A stretch of DNA of 64,000 nt from Deinococcales bacterium (GTDB lineage: Bacteria; Deinococcota; Deinococci; Deinococcales; JAAFIG01): the NCBI GenBank assembly GCA_043778225.1, contig JAYWGM010000092.1:4842-68841 (forward strand), read 5' to 3'. Made by a program: the position numbers and the translations under genes. The notes under the pieces were generated by a model. That model was not told the DNA's origin. It did not search any database and saw only the letters and a program-made list of their open reading frames with translations. Below, one piece after another: positions 37,502-46,474 of the stretch (position 1 is its first letter; the number at the start of each line of letters is the position of its first letter).

Positions 37502-37666
37502 ATGGAAAAAATTCAATCTGAGCAAGTAGAAATGCAAACAGAAGTTCTGACCCGTAAAGTGTGGGTAGCCCCGCAATTGGAAACGATTGAATTTTTAGAC
37601 ACAAGTCTGGCGATAAACCCCGGTGGAGTTTTTGATGCCATTTATAGTGCGAGTAGGTCATTTTAA
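37502..37666 (+). CDS. lasso peptide precursor (54 aa)
   Basis: MEKIQSEQVEMQTEVLTRKVWVAPQLETIEFLDTSLAINPGGVFDAIYSASRSF. The leader has an aromatic-x-x-P-x-L motif (WVAPQL). The putative core AINPGGVFDAIYSASRSF has Ala1 and Asp9. Confidence 0.75.
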   Translation: MEKIQSEQVEMQTEVLTRKVWVAPQLETIEFLDTSLAINPGGVFDAIYSASRSF

Positions 37667-37725
37667 CCATATCAATTGCTCTAAAAGTAGTATTGCTTTT
37701 AACTTTGTAACACAACTCAATTACG

Positions 37726-37753
37726 GCGGCTAAAGACCACAGTCGCTTTTTTT
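37726..37753 (+). terminator. weak (attenuating?) terminator after the precursor gene
   Basis: 5-bp stem GCGGC/GTCGC (one G-U pair) followed by T7. Confidence 0.35.
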
Positions 37754-37774
37754 GTTGACCTAAACTCTCGATTT

Positions 37775-38908
37775 ATGACTTACAAAATAAATTCCCACAC
37801 CCAATTTTTGAGAAGCCAACAAGTTTTGATGACTCAAAACACCAATAACATTGAGCTTCGGCATACTGTTTTTCAGACTTCTTGCCACATCAACCAAGTC
37901 GGGTATTCTGTTTGGCAACTTCTCGAGCAACCCCAAACCCTCGAGATGCTTGGTTCGCAGCTTGTCCACCAATACGATGTCAGTCCAGAAATTGCCAGCC
38001 GCACCCTAGAAAATCTGCTCGATCAATTGCATGGCTTGGGCTTTATAGGTGTGCAGTATGCAAATTTGCCCCCAGACCCAATGCGTCAACGGTATTTGGA
38101 ATTACTCCAAAAAGCCTTGATGAATTTGTTGTACCCCGAACATGAATTGCGAATTCGGCATTTGCTGATTGCCGAAAAACCAGCCAGTTCACTCGAGACA
38201 GACAGGTTTCTGCGTGATATTCGCAGCACACAACCAGAACAGTACGCCGAAGTTATGGCATCCAAACAAGTCGGTGGGGTGCTGTACAACGAAGTCACTC
38301 GGTATTCACACACCGCCATTGGGATTCGTCGCTTAGAGAATCTGCAAGCCTGTGCCGAAGCGGTCTTTGCCGATGGTATCAAAGGCGATTTTCTCGAGGC
38401 TGGAGTCTGCCAAGGTGGAGCATCTATTTTTATGCGGGCGTTGCAAGTGGCGTATGGGCAAGCCGAACGTCTCATGTGGGTGGCGGATTCATTTGCGGGT
38501 TTACCCGTGCCAACAGCCGACTTGGATGTGCAAAGTCAACTTGATTGGTCTGAACCTCGGCAACCGTGGTTGGCAATGAGTCTCGAGACGGTACAAGAAC
38601 ATTTTCGACGTTACGATATGCTGAGTGGTTCGGTACATTTTTTACAAGGTTGGTTTGCCGATACACTGCCTACAGCCCCGATTCAAAAACTGGCTATTTT
38701 GCGTCTCGATGCCGATTTATACAGTTCGACCACCGATATTTTAGAAGCCTTGTATAATCGGGTCTCGGCTGGTGGTTTTATTATCGTGGATGATTACGCG
38801 GGTATTAAAGCCTGCCGAGAAGCCGTGGATAACTTTAGAACCAAAAATAGTATTCTCGAGCCAATTCGCTCTGTGGATTGGAGTTGTGTCTACTGGCGTA
38901 AAGCCTAG
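37775..38908 (+). CDS. PqqD/RRE-like domain fused to a TylF (macrocin O-methyltransferase)-family methyltransferase
   Basis: The N-terminal 'HINQVGYSVWQLLEQPQTLEMLGSQLVHQYDVSPEIASRTLENLLDQLHGLGFI' is PqqD-like. The C-terminal 'GDFLEAGVCQGGASIFM', 'WVADSFAGLP' and 'LRLDADLYSSTTDILEALYNRVSAGGFIIVDDY' are TylF-family motifs. Confidence 0.75.
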   Translation: MTYKINSHTQFLRSQQVLMTQNTNNIELRHTVFQTSCHINQVGYSVWQLLEQPQTLEMLGSQLVHQYDVSPEIASRTLENLLDQLHGLGFIGVQYANLPPDPMRQRYLELLQKALMNLLYPEHELRIRHLLIAEKPASSLETDRFLRDIRSTQPEQYAEVMASKQVGGVLYNEVTRYSHTAIGIRRLENLQACAEAVFADGIKGDFLEAGVCQGGASIFMRALQVAYGQAERLMWVADSFAGLPVPTADLDVQSQLDWSEPRQPWLAMSLETVQEHFRRYDMLSGSVHFLQGWFADTLPTAPIQKLAILRLDADLYSSTTDILEALYNRVSAGGFIIVDDYAGIKACREAVDNFRTKNSILEPIRSVDWSCVYWRKA

Positions 38909-38910
38909 GT

Positions 38911-40428
38911 ATGGCTCACAGCATTGTTCATCTGTACGGCACTGACCCTGAAGGCGAAAACATTGGGCAATTCAAACACCGAGTTTTGAATCCGATAGCC
39001 TTGTTCGCCGACCACCCAGATTTTGGTGTTTTTGGACTATCTATTTTCGAGCCAGACTTTGAAGAAATTGCCCTGAATTGCGACCTTTTAATTATCCATG
39101 AACTGACTTACCCTGAACTCGAGTCACTGATTTTACTGCGTCGGTCAGGGCAAAAGCCAACACTGTACGAAATTGCCGATGATTTTCTGGCACTGGGTTC
39201 TTGGCTACCGGCAAATCATGGTTTGTTTAGCCCTATGAACCAATCAACTCGGTTGAACTTAGCGGCTTTGGCTGATGGAATTATTTTTTCTTCGCTTGGT
39301 TTAGAACAAAAATTTGCTGATGTGAACCAAAAAAAAACAGTCTTGTCCAACTATGTTGAACCACCGGCTAACGCTCCCAAAAAAGCCGATGGTTTTGTTT
39401 TTGGTTGGGCTGGAACAAGCACCCACAGCCAAGACTTGATGAGTGTTGCCCCAGAAATCACGGTATTTTGCCAAACGTACCCCCATGTTAAATTTGCCGT
39501 TATGGGGCAAAGAAGTCAACTCGAGCCGATGTTTAAGGACATTCCAAAGCATCAGCTGATTGTTCAAGATTTTGCTTCTTACAACACGTACCTTGGTTTT
39601 TTGCAAGGCTTGGATGTTGGGATTGCGCCATTATTGCCAAGCACATTTAATCAAAGCCGCACCGATGTAAAATTTGTGGAATATACTGTTTGCAACGTGG
39701 CTTGTCTTGTCTCAGCGCACAAAATCTACCAACCCCATCAAAGTTATACCAAGGTGTTTTCTAGCCCTTCGGAGTTTTTATCTTTACTCGAGCAACTGTA
39801 TGCCAATCCTCAAATCCGAACCGATTTGGTGACTCGAGCCACGGCTTGGGTGGAAGTAAATCGCAGCAAAAAAGCCATTTATGAGCAGCATCTACACTTG
39901 TACCGAAAGATGCTAGGTAAAACATTAGGCTCAAAAGTTTCTAAGCTAACCCTTCAAACAGACCTACGGCAGCAAATGTGCATGGCATGGCAAACTCGAG
40001 CCAAAGCTGACCATCAAAAAACCTTGGAATTGACGATGAATTTATTAAGCCAATATCCGCTCTGGCATCAGGCAAGGTATTTAGCGGTTTTATCGTTACA
40101 GGCTTTGGGGCAATTTAGGGAATTGGTATTGCTGGCAGAAACACATATAGATTCAATTTATGCAACCCTGATTGCCGAAATTGCGTATATCGCAACTGAA
40201 AAAACCCAACCCGAGCTTCAGCCCAATTTTTATGTCAGACTTTCGGAAATGGCACAATTAAGACTAAAAACACCAAGTCCACAGTCCCAATTTGAAATCA
40301 TTTTACAGCACCGTCCATACGACTTTTTTGCGCTGCACGGCATGGTTCATTGGCTCGAGCCTACCGACCCACAATTGGCAATTTTGCGGCAGCGTTTAGC
40401 CTTATTAAACCCTTTAGAAAAATCATGA
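38911..40428 (+). CDS. putative GT-B-fold glycosyltransferase-like protein with a helical (TPR-like) C-terminal domain
   Basis: 'GFVFGWAGTSTHSQDL' and 'PLLPSTFNQSRTDVKFVEYTVCNVACLVS' resemble the GT-B C-domain K/E-x-EY region. The assignment is tentative. Confidence 0.4.
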   Translation: MAHSIVHLYGTDPEGENIGQFKHRVLNPIALFADHPDFGVFGLSIFEPDFEEIALNCDLLIIHELTYPELESLILLRRSGQKPTLYEIADDFLALGSWLPANHGLFSPMNQSTRLNLAALADGIIFSSLGLEQKFADVNQKKTVLSNYVEPPANAPKKADGFVFGWAGTSTHSQDLMSVAPEITVFCQTYPHVKFAVMGQRSQLEPMFKDIPKHQLIVQDFASYNTYLGFLQGLDVGIAPLLPSTFNQSRTDVKFVEYTVCNVACLVSAHKIYQPHQSYTKVFSSPSEFLSLLEQLYANPQIRTDLVTRATAWVEVNRSKKAIYEQHLHLYRKMLGKTLGSKVSKLTLQTDLRQQMCMAWQTRAKADHQKTLELTMNLLSQYPLWHQARYLAVLSLQALGQFRELVLLAETHIDSIYATLIAEIAYIATEKTQPELQPNFYVRLSEMAQLRLKTPSPQSQFEIILQHRPYDFFALHGMVHWLEPTDPQLAILRQRLALLNPLEKS

Positions 40429-41378
40429 CAAAAGATTACTTATTATTTGGCTGGCGAGTACGTGCCAATATCAGATTGCCTTGTTTTGAATTATTCAAGA
40501 CGGGTGAACCAGACTGCTGCATCAATTTTTTACCTCCGCTCGAGTCACCTCAACTCTCCCTGCCAAATTTTGCGACCTTACTCGAAACCGATGGCGTACA
40601 GTCGGTTTGGCGGATAGACCAAGACACTTGGCGCATAGAAATGTTTAATCAAATCACCAATCAGTGGTTACAACTCAATTTTCGTCAATCTGGCAAAAAT
40701 ATCGAAGTAATCTACAGCCAAAACACGATTGTCGAAAACATCCTACCAATGCTGCTCACAAGGTTATTTACAACAATTTTATGGAATTCTGGACTCGTCT
40801 GCTTACACGGAGGTGTGGTCAATACCGAACAAGGTGGCGTTCTGCTGCTCGGGGATTCTGGCGATGGTAAATCCAGTACCTTAACCGCACTTTGGCAACA
40901 AGGTTGTACTGTGTTGAGCGATGATATTGCGGTTCTCGAGCCAAACGAACCTTGTCTGGTACATATTGGACCAAGGTATTTGCGCTTACACGACGACTCT
41001 GCCTCTGTACTGGGCATCAATCCAGAATCCCTACCAACCATATTTTTACCCGCCGAAACGATTGGCAATAAGCGTTACATCAACCTCGAACATCAAGTGT
41101 GTCCTGTCTCGGTGGCAGTGCAACAAATTTTTATTCTTGCTGGACGAGAAAATATCGAACAAACCAAATTGACTCGCCTTGCACCGTACATGGCTGTGGC
41201 AGAATTACTAAAATACCAATTTCGAGGTCAGCAACTCGAGCCACAAATTTACCCGCAACTCCTAAAAGTAGCTGTTGCCTTAGCGCACCAATGCCATGTC
41301 TACTTGGTTCACACGCCAGCTAACCTTGAGAAATTACCTGAAATAGCCCAAACGATACTTGGGCAGCCACTTGTATAA
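40425..41378 (+). CDS. HPr kinase-like protein (lasso peptide kinase family)
   Basis: 'GGVLLLGDSGDGKSSTLTAL' is an HprK-type P-loop. There is an ATGA start/stop overlap with the preceding gene. ATG 40425 is preferred to the ORF-track start at 40350. Confidence 0.7.
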   Translation: MTKDYLLFGWRVRANIRLPCFELFKTGEPDCCINFLPPLESPQLSLPNFATLLETDGVQSVWRIDQDTWRIEMFNQITNQWLQLNFRQSGKNIEVIYSQNTIVENILPMLLTRLFTTILWNSGLVCLHGGVVNTEQGGVLLLGDSGDGKSSTLTALWQQGCTVLSDDIAVLEPNEPCLVHIGPRYLRLHDDSASVLGINPESLPTIFLPAETIGNKRYINLEHQVCPVSVAVQQIFILAGRENIEQTKLTRLAPYMAVAELLKYQFRGQQLEPQIYPQLLKVAVALAHQCHVYLVHTPANLEKLPEIAQTILGQPLV

Positions 41379-41385
41379 TTGATTT

Positions 41386-42531
41386 ATGACCTTAACCGAA
41401 GACCAACGAGCGATTCTCGAGACAGTGACTGATTTTTGCAAAAAAGAAATTGCACCACTTGCGGCTCAGTACGATAGAAACAGTGAATTTCCGTGGGTGC
41501 AACTAAATAAATTAGGCGAAATTGGTTTGCTTGGTGCAACTGTGCCAGAAGCCTACGGTGGCTCTGGTTTGGATGCCGTGACTTACGCACTTTGTCTCGA
41601 GCAAATTTGTAAAGCCGATGCTAGTGTGGGCGTGATTGTCAGTGTCACCAACGGGCTACCGCAGCAAATGCTTTTGAATCATGGTACTGAAGCCCAAAAA
41701 CAGCGTTGGCTCGTGCCATTGGCTCGAGGGCAAAAAATTGGCGCGTTTTGTCTGACCGAAGCCAATAGCGGCTCGGATGCTGCCAGCTTACGAAGTCGTG
41801 CCACCCAAGAAGGTAACGACTGGATTCTCGAGGGGCAAAAGGTTTGGATTACCTCTGGCGGACAAGCCCAGACCTATTTGGTTATGGTGCGAACCAACGA
41901 TGAACGCGGCTCGAGAGGGATTAGCTGCTTTGTTCTCGAAAAAGGTATGGCGGGTTTATCTTTTGGTAAACCCGAAGAGAAAATGGGGCTTCATGCAGCC
42001 CATACCACCACGGTCAATATGGATGCGGTAAGAGTCTCGAGCGACCACATGATTGGTACTGAAGGACAAGGGCTGATTATTGCTTTATCCAGCCTTGACG
42101 GCGGAAGAATTGGTATTGCGATGCAAGCCATTGGCATTGCCCAAGCGGCTTTTGAAGCTGCCAGAGATTACGCTTTTGCCCGTGAGCAATTTGGCTCGAG
42201 ACTGTCCGAGTTTGAAGGGATTAGTTTCAAGATTGCGGACATGGCGACCCGAATTCACGCCTCGAGACTGCTGGCTTTGGATGCCGCCAGTCTAAAAGAA
42301 GCTGGTAAACCCTACAGCAAAGAAGCCAGCATGGCAAAATTATTTGCCTCAGAAACCGCCAATTTTGTAGCCAAAGAAGCGATTCAGATTTTTGGTGGCA
42401 ACGGCTACAGCCGAGAATACCCAGTCGAGCGCCATTACCGCGATGCAAAAATCACCGAGATTTACGAAGGCACATCTGAAATTCAGCGCCTTGTTATCTC
42501 GAGACAAGTGTTTAAGGACTCGAGACAATAA
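41386..42531 (+). CDS. acyl-CoA dehydrogenase (short-chain type)
   Basis: 'CLTEANSGSDAASL' and 'QIFGGNGYSREYPVERHYRDAKITEIYEGTSEIQRLVI' are ACAD signatures. It has its own TGTATAAT box (41372-41379) 6 nt before the ATG. Confidence 0.9.
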   Translation: MTLTEDQRAILETVTDFCKKEIAPLAAQYDRNSEFPWVQLNKLGEIGLLGATVPEAYGGSGLDAVTYALCLEQICKADASVGVIVSVTNGLPQQMLLNHGTEAQKQRWLVPLARGQKIGAFCLTEANSGSDAASLRSRATQEGNDWILEGQKVWITSGGQAQTYLVMVRTNDERGSRGISCFVLEKGMAGLSFGKPEEKMGLHAAHTTTVNMDAVRVSSDHMIGTEGQGLIIALSSLDGGRIGIAMQAIGIAQAAFEAARDYAFAREQFGSRLSEFEGISFKIADMATRIHASRLLALDAASLKEAGKPYSKEASMAKLFASETANFVAKEAIQIFGGNGYSREYPVERHYRDAKITEIYEGTSEIQRLVISRQVFKDSRQ

Positions 42532-43908
42532 TTAGCGGTAATAATTTTTTAACATCTCTTGGTACTCTGGCGGCAAACGCGGGTCAAGCACCGCCGATTC
42601 AGCCGCACGGCGGTACGAGGCGCTGCCAGTCGGGCTGGTAAAGCCATTTGTCGGGTCGCCGGGCAGTTGTAATGCGCCACTGCGAACATTATTGCCTTTG
42701 GCTGTGCCTTGAAGGTATTCGAGCTTGCCTTTGCCACTCTGGCGGTTGGCAGCCACAGGATTCCCATTGGCATCCTTTGCGCCATTTCCGGGGCTGGTGC
42801 TGCGATTGCCTTGGCTGTTGGGGTTTTGTGGGTCAAAACCTTGGGTATCTTCGCCACGGTCGAGGTTGTTGCCTCGAGGGTCGCGTTTTGGTTGATTGCC
42901 CTGTGTGCCATTGCCAGCTTGATTTGCGCCAGATTGCCCGTTTTGTCCATTTTGATCGCCCTGAGCGCCAGACTGCCCGTTTTGGTTATTGGGCTGCCCA
43001 TTTTGCCCATTTTGATTGTTGGGCTGTCCATTTTGTCCGTTTTGGTTTGCACTTTGCTGCCCATTTTGATCGTTTTGGTTGTTGCCACTGCCATTCTGAC
43101 CATCGCTCTTGCCGTCTTCTGAGCCAGACTGACCGGCGGTCGGTGGGTTGGCATCTTCGACTTGACCATCGGGGCTGCCCTCTTTATTGGGGTCGCGGTC
43201 ACGGACTGCACCGCGCTCGAGGGCTTCGAGAAATTCTTTAGAAATGGCTTCTGGACTTTCGGTGGCACTGCCACCACCGGGTTTTAATTCCCCCAGATTC
43301 TGCTCTGAAGCACTGCCCCCCGAGGCTGCTTGTCCGGGTTTGGCATCTGCGCCAGCCGGCGGTGCATCGCGGCTTGGCGCATCAAGGATTGGTTCGGCAG
43401 AACTAGAACTCGAGCCATTGGGTGTATTTGGATTCTCGAGTGATTCGCGGCTGATGGTACGGTCTTCGGCACTGATTTGGCTACCCAGTCCTCGAGTCGG
43501 CAAAACCAAAAGTAAACTCAGCAGTACCGCCATACCAAGCGTCTCGAGCCAAGGCAGTGGCGGCAACTCGGTGTTTTTTTGCACCGTCAGTGCCATGTTG
43601 TCCAACCGATTTTTGAAGCCGTGCATATCGGTTTGGGCGGTTAGGGCGGTGGTGTAAGCTGCGCCTGTTGTTTTTTCGATTTCTTGCAGCGTACTTTGGT
43701 AGCTCGAGCTTGGCATCAAAAGACCCAACAGCGCCAACAGCAACCAAAATGGCGAAGCCCCCAATATCCAAATTGCCAAGAGTAACCCAGCCACAGCAAT
43801 CAGCACGGCTCGAGCTTTGATTTGAAAAGCCCGTCTCGAGAACCACTGGCGATGCAGCTTGAGGTTTGGATGTTGCCACCAAGTTGGTAGGGAAGGGGTA
43901 CGAATCAT
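42532..43908 (-). CDS. membrane protein with a long Asn/Gln/Gly-rich low-complexity region
   Basis: N-terminal TM helices, an (NGQ)n-type repeat region and a conserved-looking tail 'RLPPEYQEMLKNYYR'. It is third in a three-gene overlapping operon. Confidence 0.55.
   Translation of the reverse strand: MIRTPSLPTWWQHPNLKLHRQWFSRRAFQIKARAVLIAVAGLLLAIWILGASPFWLLLALLGLLMPSSSYQSTLQEIEKTTGAAYTTALTAQTDMHGFKNRLDNMALTVQKNTELPPLPWLETLGMAVLLSLLLVLPTRGLGSQISAEDRTISRESLENPNTPNGSSSSSAEPILDAPSRDAPPAGADAKPGQAASGGSASEQNLGELKPGGGSATESPEAISKEFLEALERGAVRDRDPNKEGSPDGQVEDANPPTAGQSGSEDGKSDGQNGSGNNQNDQNGQQSANQNGQNGQPNNQNGQNGQPNNQNGQSGAQGDQNGQNGQSGANQAGNGTQGNQPKRDPRGNNLDRGEDTQGFDPQNPNSQGNRSTSPGNGAKDANGNPVAANRQSGKGKLEYLQGTAKGNNVRSGALQLPGDPTNGFTSPTGSASYRRAAESAVLDPRLPPEYQEMLKNYYR
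42890..43105 (-). repeat. imperfect coding tandem repeats (CCCATTTTG-type units encoding NGQ/NQNGQ)
   Basis: Encodes 'QNGSGNNQNDQNGQQSANQNGQNGQPNNQNGQNGQPNNQNGQSGAQGDQNGQNGQSGANQ'. Confidence 0.75.
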
Positions 43909-44405
43909 GAGCGAACTCCTTGTGGCTGAAATAATACCAGCAGTAAACCCAGCATACTTGAGCCGAGCAAAAGCAGCAAAGGCAAAGAATAGACACTGGG
44001 CTGAAAACCATTAAAAAAAAGCGCTGTTACGCCCAAGACAGGGAAAATCTGTGAAGCACTGGGGAAGATTCTGGCAAAAGTATATGAACCACAACCAGCT
44101 ACAAAACTTGAAATTAAACTTGGCGGAAATCCTTCTCGAGCCTCCAAAGAAAATGCCCAAAGCTCGGGCGGAGACAGAATAACCGCCCATAAAAAGAGCG
44201 TACTCAATCCCAAGCGTGGTGCAGCCTCGTATAAAAACGCGCCCAGCAGCAGCAAACCAATCAGGCGCAGGCTGCCAATCGCATGAAAGCCCAAAGGCTC
44301 GAGTCCAGAGGTACGTGGGCTGAGGGCAGCCAAGGTTAGTAACTCGAGCGCCAGCACAACGCTCAAAATCTGATACAGAATTTCTTTCTCGAGTATCTCT
44401 TTCAT
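43905..44405 (-). CDS. polytopic membrane protein, unknown function
   Basis: 166 aa with four or five hydrophobic helices. It has 4-nt overlaps with both neighbours. Confidence 0.5.
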   Translation of the reverse strand: MKEILEKEILYQILSVVLALELLTLAALSPRTSGLEPLGFHAIGSLRLIGLLLLGAFLYEAAPRLGLSTLFLWAVILSPPELWAFSLEAREGFPPSLISSFVAGCGSYTFARIFPSASQIFPVLGVTALFFNGFQPSVYSLPLLLLLGSSMLGLLLVLFQPQGVRS

Positions 44406-45646
44406 GGTGTACCCGCTAAAGCAATCAACAGTGTGCCATTGGGTTGCTGTGCCATGACCGCGTTTTCTGGCAGCAGTTTCATCAGTTCGGTATATTCATC
44501 CCACGGCAGGGTTTCGTAAATCTGGGCAGTTATCGTGCGGCTCGCACCAACTGCCAGTGGTTCTTGTCTTCCCATACCACGAATAAAAATTTTCTCGAGG
44601 CTTGTCTGGCTCTCGTTGATTAGTTTGCCATTTTCAATTCGCATCGGAACGCGGCTGGCGGTGGGCGGTATGAGATAGCGAATTTCTCGCCAACCGCTTG
44701 CCACAAAAATCGTCTCGGTTTGGCGGTGCTGGCGCTCGAAGCGCTCGAGCGGTAACGCACCTGCCGGAAGTTTCCAATCTGGACGCAAGGCATAGCGAGC
44801 ATGGATTGTCCAGCGTATCCCCCAGCCATTTGCACCAATCAGAACTTGGCGTTGTGCCTCGAGAAATGGCGCTTTGGGTTGACTTGCCCACCAGCCTAAG
44901 CCAGCTAAAAAAGTGCTGCACATTGCCAAGCCAATGGTGTAACGTGGCTCGGTTCGTTTGAGGCTGTACAAGCCAAGCAGCACAATAAAAACACCGACCG
45001 ACCAAAAACCAAGTAAAGTATGGCGACGTTCTGGCGGGCGGACAGTCGGTGCAAATTCTTTGAGCATCTCCAAAAACTTTAAGGGTAAAATACTGCCTTG
45101 AACGCTGCCAAGCCCTAAGCTGCCGCGTGGTAAACCAATTGGTGTTTGGCTCAGGTTTGCCCCACCAGCCACGACTGCCAAAGCCAGACTTGGCTCGAGC
45201 CGCCCAAGAATGGTGTGACCTGCCAAGTACAGACTTGGGTCTGGCGGTAAACGGCTGCCGTCTAATTCGAGCCGTCCAGCACTTGGCTCAAAGCGTTTTG
45301 TGACTGTGCCAGTTGCGCCGCTTAGTGTTACCCGAACAAGGCGGGTGCTGACAATGGGGATTAGAAGCCGTGCTTCACGAATCCCAGCCCCTTCAGGTAA
45401 CTCGAGTAAAGCCGAGACGGGTGTTAAGCCTTCCAACACTTTTCCTTCGGAAGTCTCGAGCTTGGCGCTAAATGCTCCGCCACTGGTTGCCACCAAGCGA
45501 AATTCGACCCAGCCGCCACTCGAGAAACGCCCATTCCAGCCAACTTCGGCAAACGCGCCGGGGATGTGTACTTGACCTTCTTCTTCGGCTCGAGCCACAG
45601 CCAAAAGCAGCCAGAAAGCCGCCACCAAAAACCATGCTCGAGACAT
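44402..45646 (-). CDS. secreted/membrane-anchored hypothetical protein
   Basis: Signal peptide MSRAWFLVAAFWLLLAVARA and two internal TM helices (~aa 215-260). No known motif. Confidence 0.5.
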   Translation of the reverse strand: MSRAWFLVAAFWLLLAVARAEEEGQVHIPGAFAEVGWNGRFSSGGWVEFRLVATSGGAFSAKLETSEGKVLEGLTPVSALLELPEGAGIREARLLIPIVSTRLVRVTLSGATGTVTKRFEPSAGRLELDGSRLPPDPSLYLAGHTILGRLEPSLALAVVAGGANLSQTPIGLPRGSLGLGSVQGSILPLKFLEMLKEFAPTVRPPERRHTLLGFWSVGVFIVLLGLYSLKRTEPRYTIGLAMCSTFLAGLGWWASQPKAPFLEAQRQVLIGANGWGIRWTIHARYALRPDWKLPAGALPLERFERQHRQTETIFVASGWREIRYLIPPTASRVPMRIENGKLINESQTSLEKIFIRGMGRQEPLAVGASRTITAQIYETLPWDEYTELMKLLPENAVMAQQPNGTLLIALAGTP

Positions 45647-45697
45647 GGGGTATTCTACAAGCGGCGGGCGTTAGAAGGGTGTCAAGGCTGTGACTTT

Positions 45698-46474
45698 TTA
45701 ATGATTTCTGGCTTGGGCATTTTTAACCATACTTGGCACAAAAGCTCGAGGCATTAGGCGTGGGCTAAACGCCAGAACTTGGTTGATGATGCCTGGAATG
45801 ACGACTCGAGCCTTATTCTCGAGGGCAGCCACAGCTTGGCTGGCGACTTCTTGGCTGGTCATCATTGGGTTCATTGGGCTTTGTAGCAATTTAGAGTCGT
45901 TCATATCAGCACGGTCTTGGAAACCAGTTTTGACTGGACCGGGGCAAAGGGTCGTAACGCTCACACCTGTGCCGCGCAGTTCTTCATCCAGCGCTTCGCC
46001 AAACGAAAGTACATAGGCTTTAGAAGCATAGTAAACCGCCATCAACGGACCGGGCATAAAAGCGGCGGTACTGGCAACGTTGAGAATTTTGCCCTGCTTG
46101 GCGGCAATCATCTTTGGCAATAAGGCTCGAGTTAGCATCGTTAGCGTGTTGATGTTCAAAAAAATCATTTGCTCGAGTTTTTGCGGACTGGACAAGTGAA
46201 ATTCGCCGTATTCGCCAAAGCCAGCATTATTGACCAGCACCTCGATTTCTAAACCTCGAGCCTCGAGTTGTGCCATCAGTTGTTGGGTTGCGTCGGGGGC
46301 AGCTAAATCCAGAGCAATGACTTCTGCTCCGCCTAATTCTTTAGAAAGTGCCTCGAGTTTGTCTTGATTGCGAGCCACCAAAACCAAGCGGTATTTGTGG
46401 CTGAGTTGCTTGGCGATTTCTTCGCCGATACCGCCCGAAGCACCAGTGACGAGTGCCAGTGGTTTATGATTCAT
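45698..46474 (-). CDS. SDR-family oxidoreductase
   Basis: 'TGASGGIGEEIA', 'NNAGF' and 'YYASKAYV' are classical SDR motifs. Confidence 0.85.
   Translation of the reverse strand: MNHKPLALVTGASGGIGEEIAKQLSHKYRLVLVARNQDKLEALSKELGGAEVIALDLAAPDATQQLMAQLEARGLEIEVLVNNAGFGEYGEFHLSSPQKLEQMIFLNINTLTMLTRALLPKMIAAKQGKILNVASTAAFMPGPLMAVYYASKAYVLSFGEALDEELRGTGVSVTTLCPGPVKTGFQDRADMNDSKLLQSPMNPMMTSQEVASQAVAALENKARVVIPGIINQVLAFSPRLMPRAFVPSMVKNAQARNH

Noticed and set aside
37448-37666. The 72-aa ORF-track version of the lasso precursor.
   Set aside because: The upstream part overlaps the promoter (TATAAT at 37472-37477). The ATG at 37502 has a well-spaced AAGGAG SD and gives a 54-aa peptide of typical precursor length.
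41386-42531. The acyl-CoA dehydrogenase as part of the lasso cluster (lipidation).
   Set aside because: It has its own TGTATAAT box 6 nt before the ATG (a leaderless promoter) and is a standard short-chain ACAD. Adjacency alone is not evidence.
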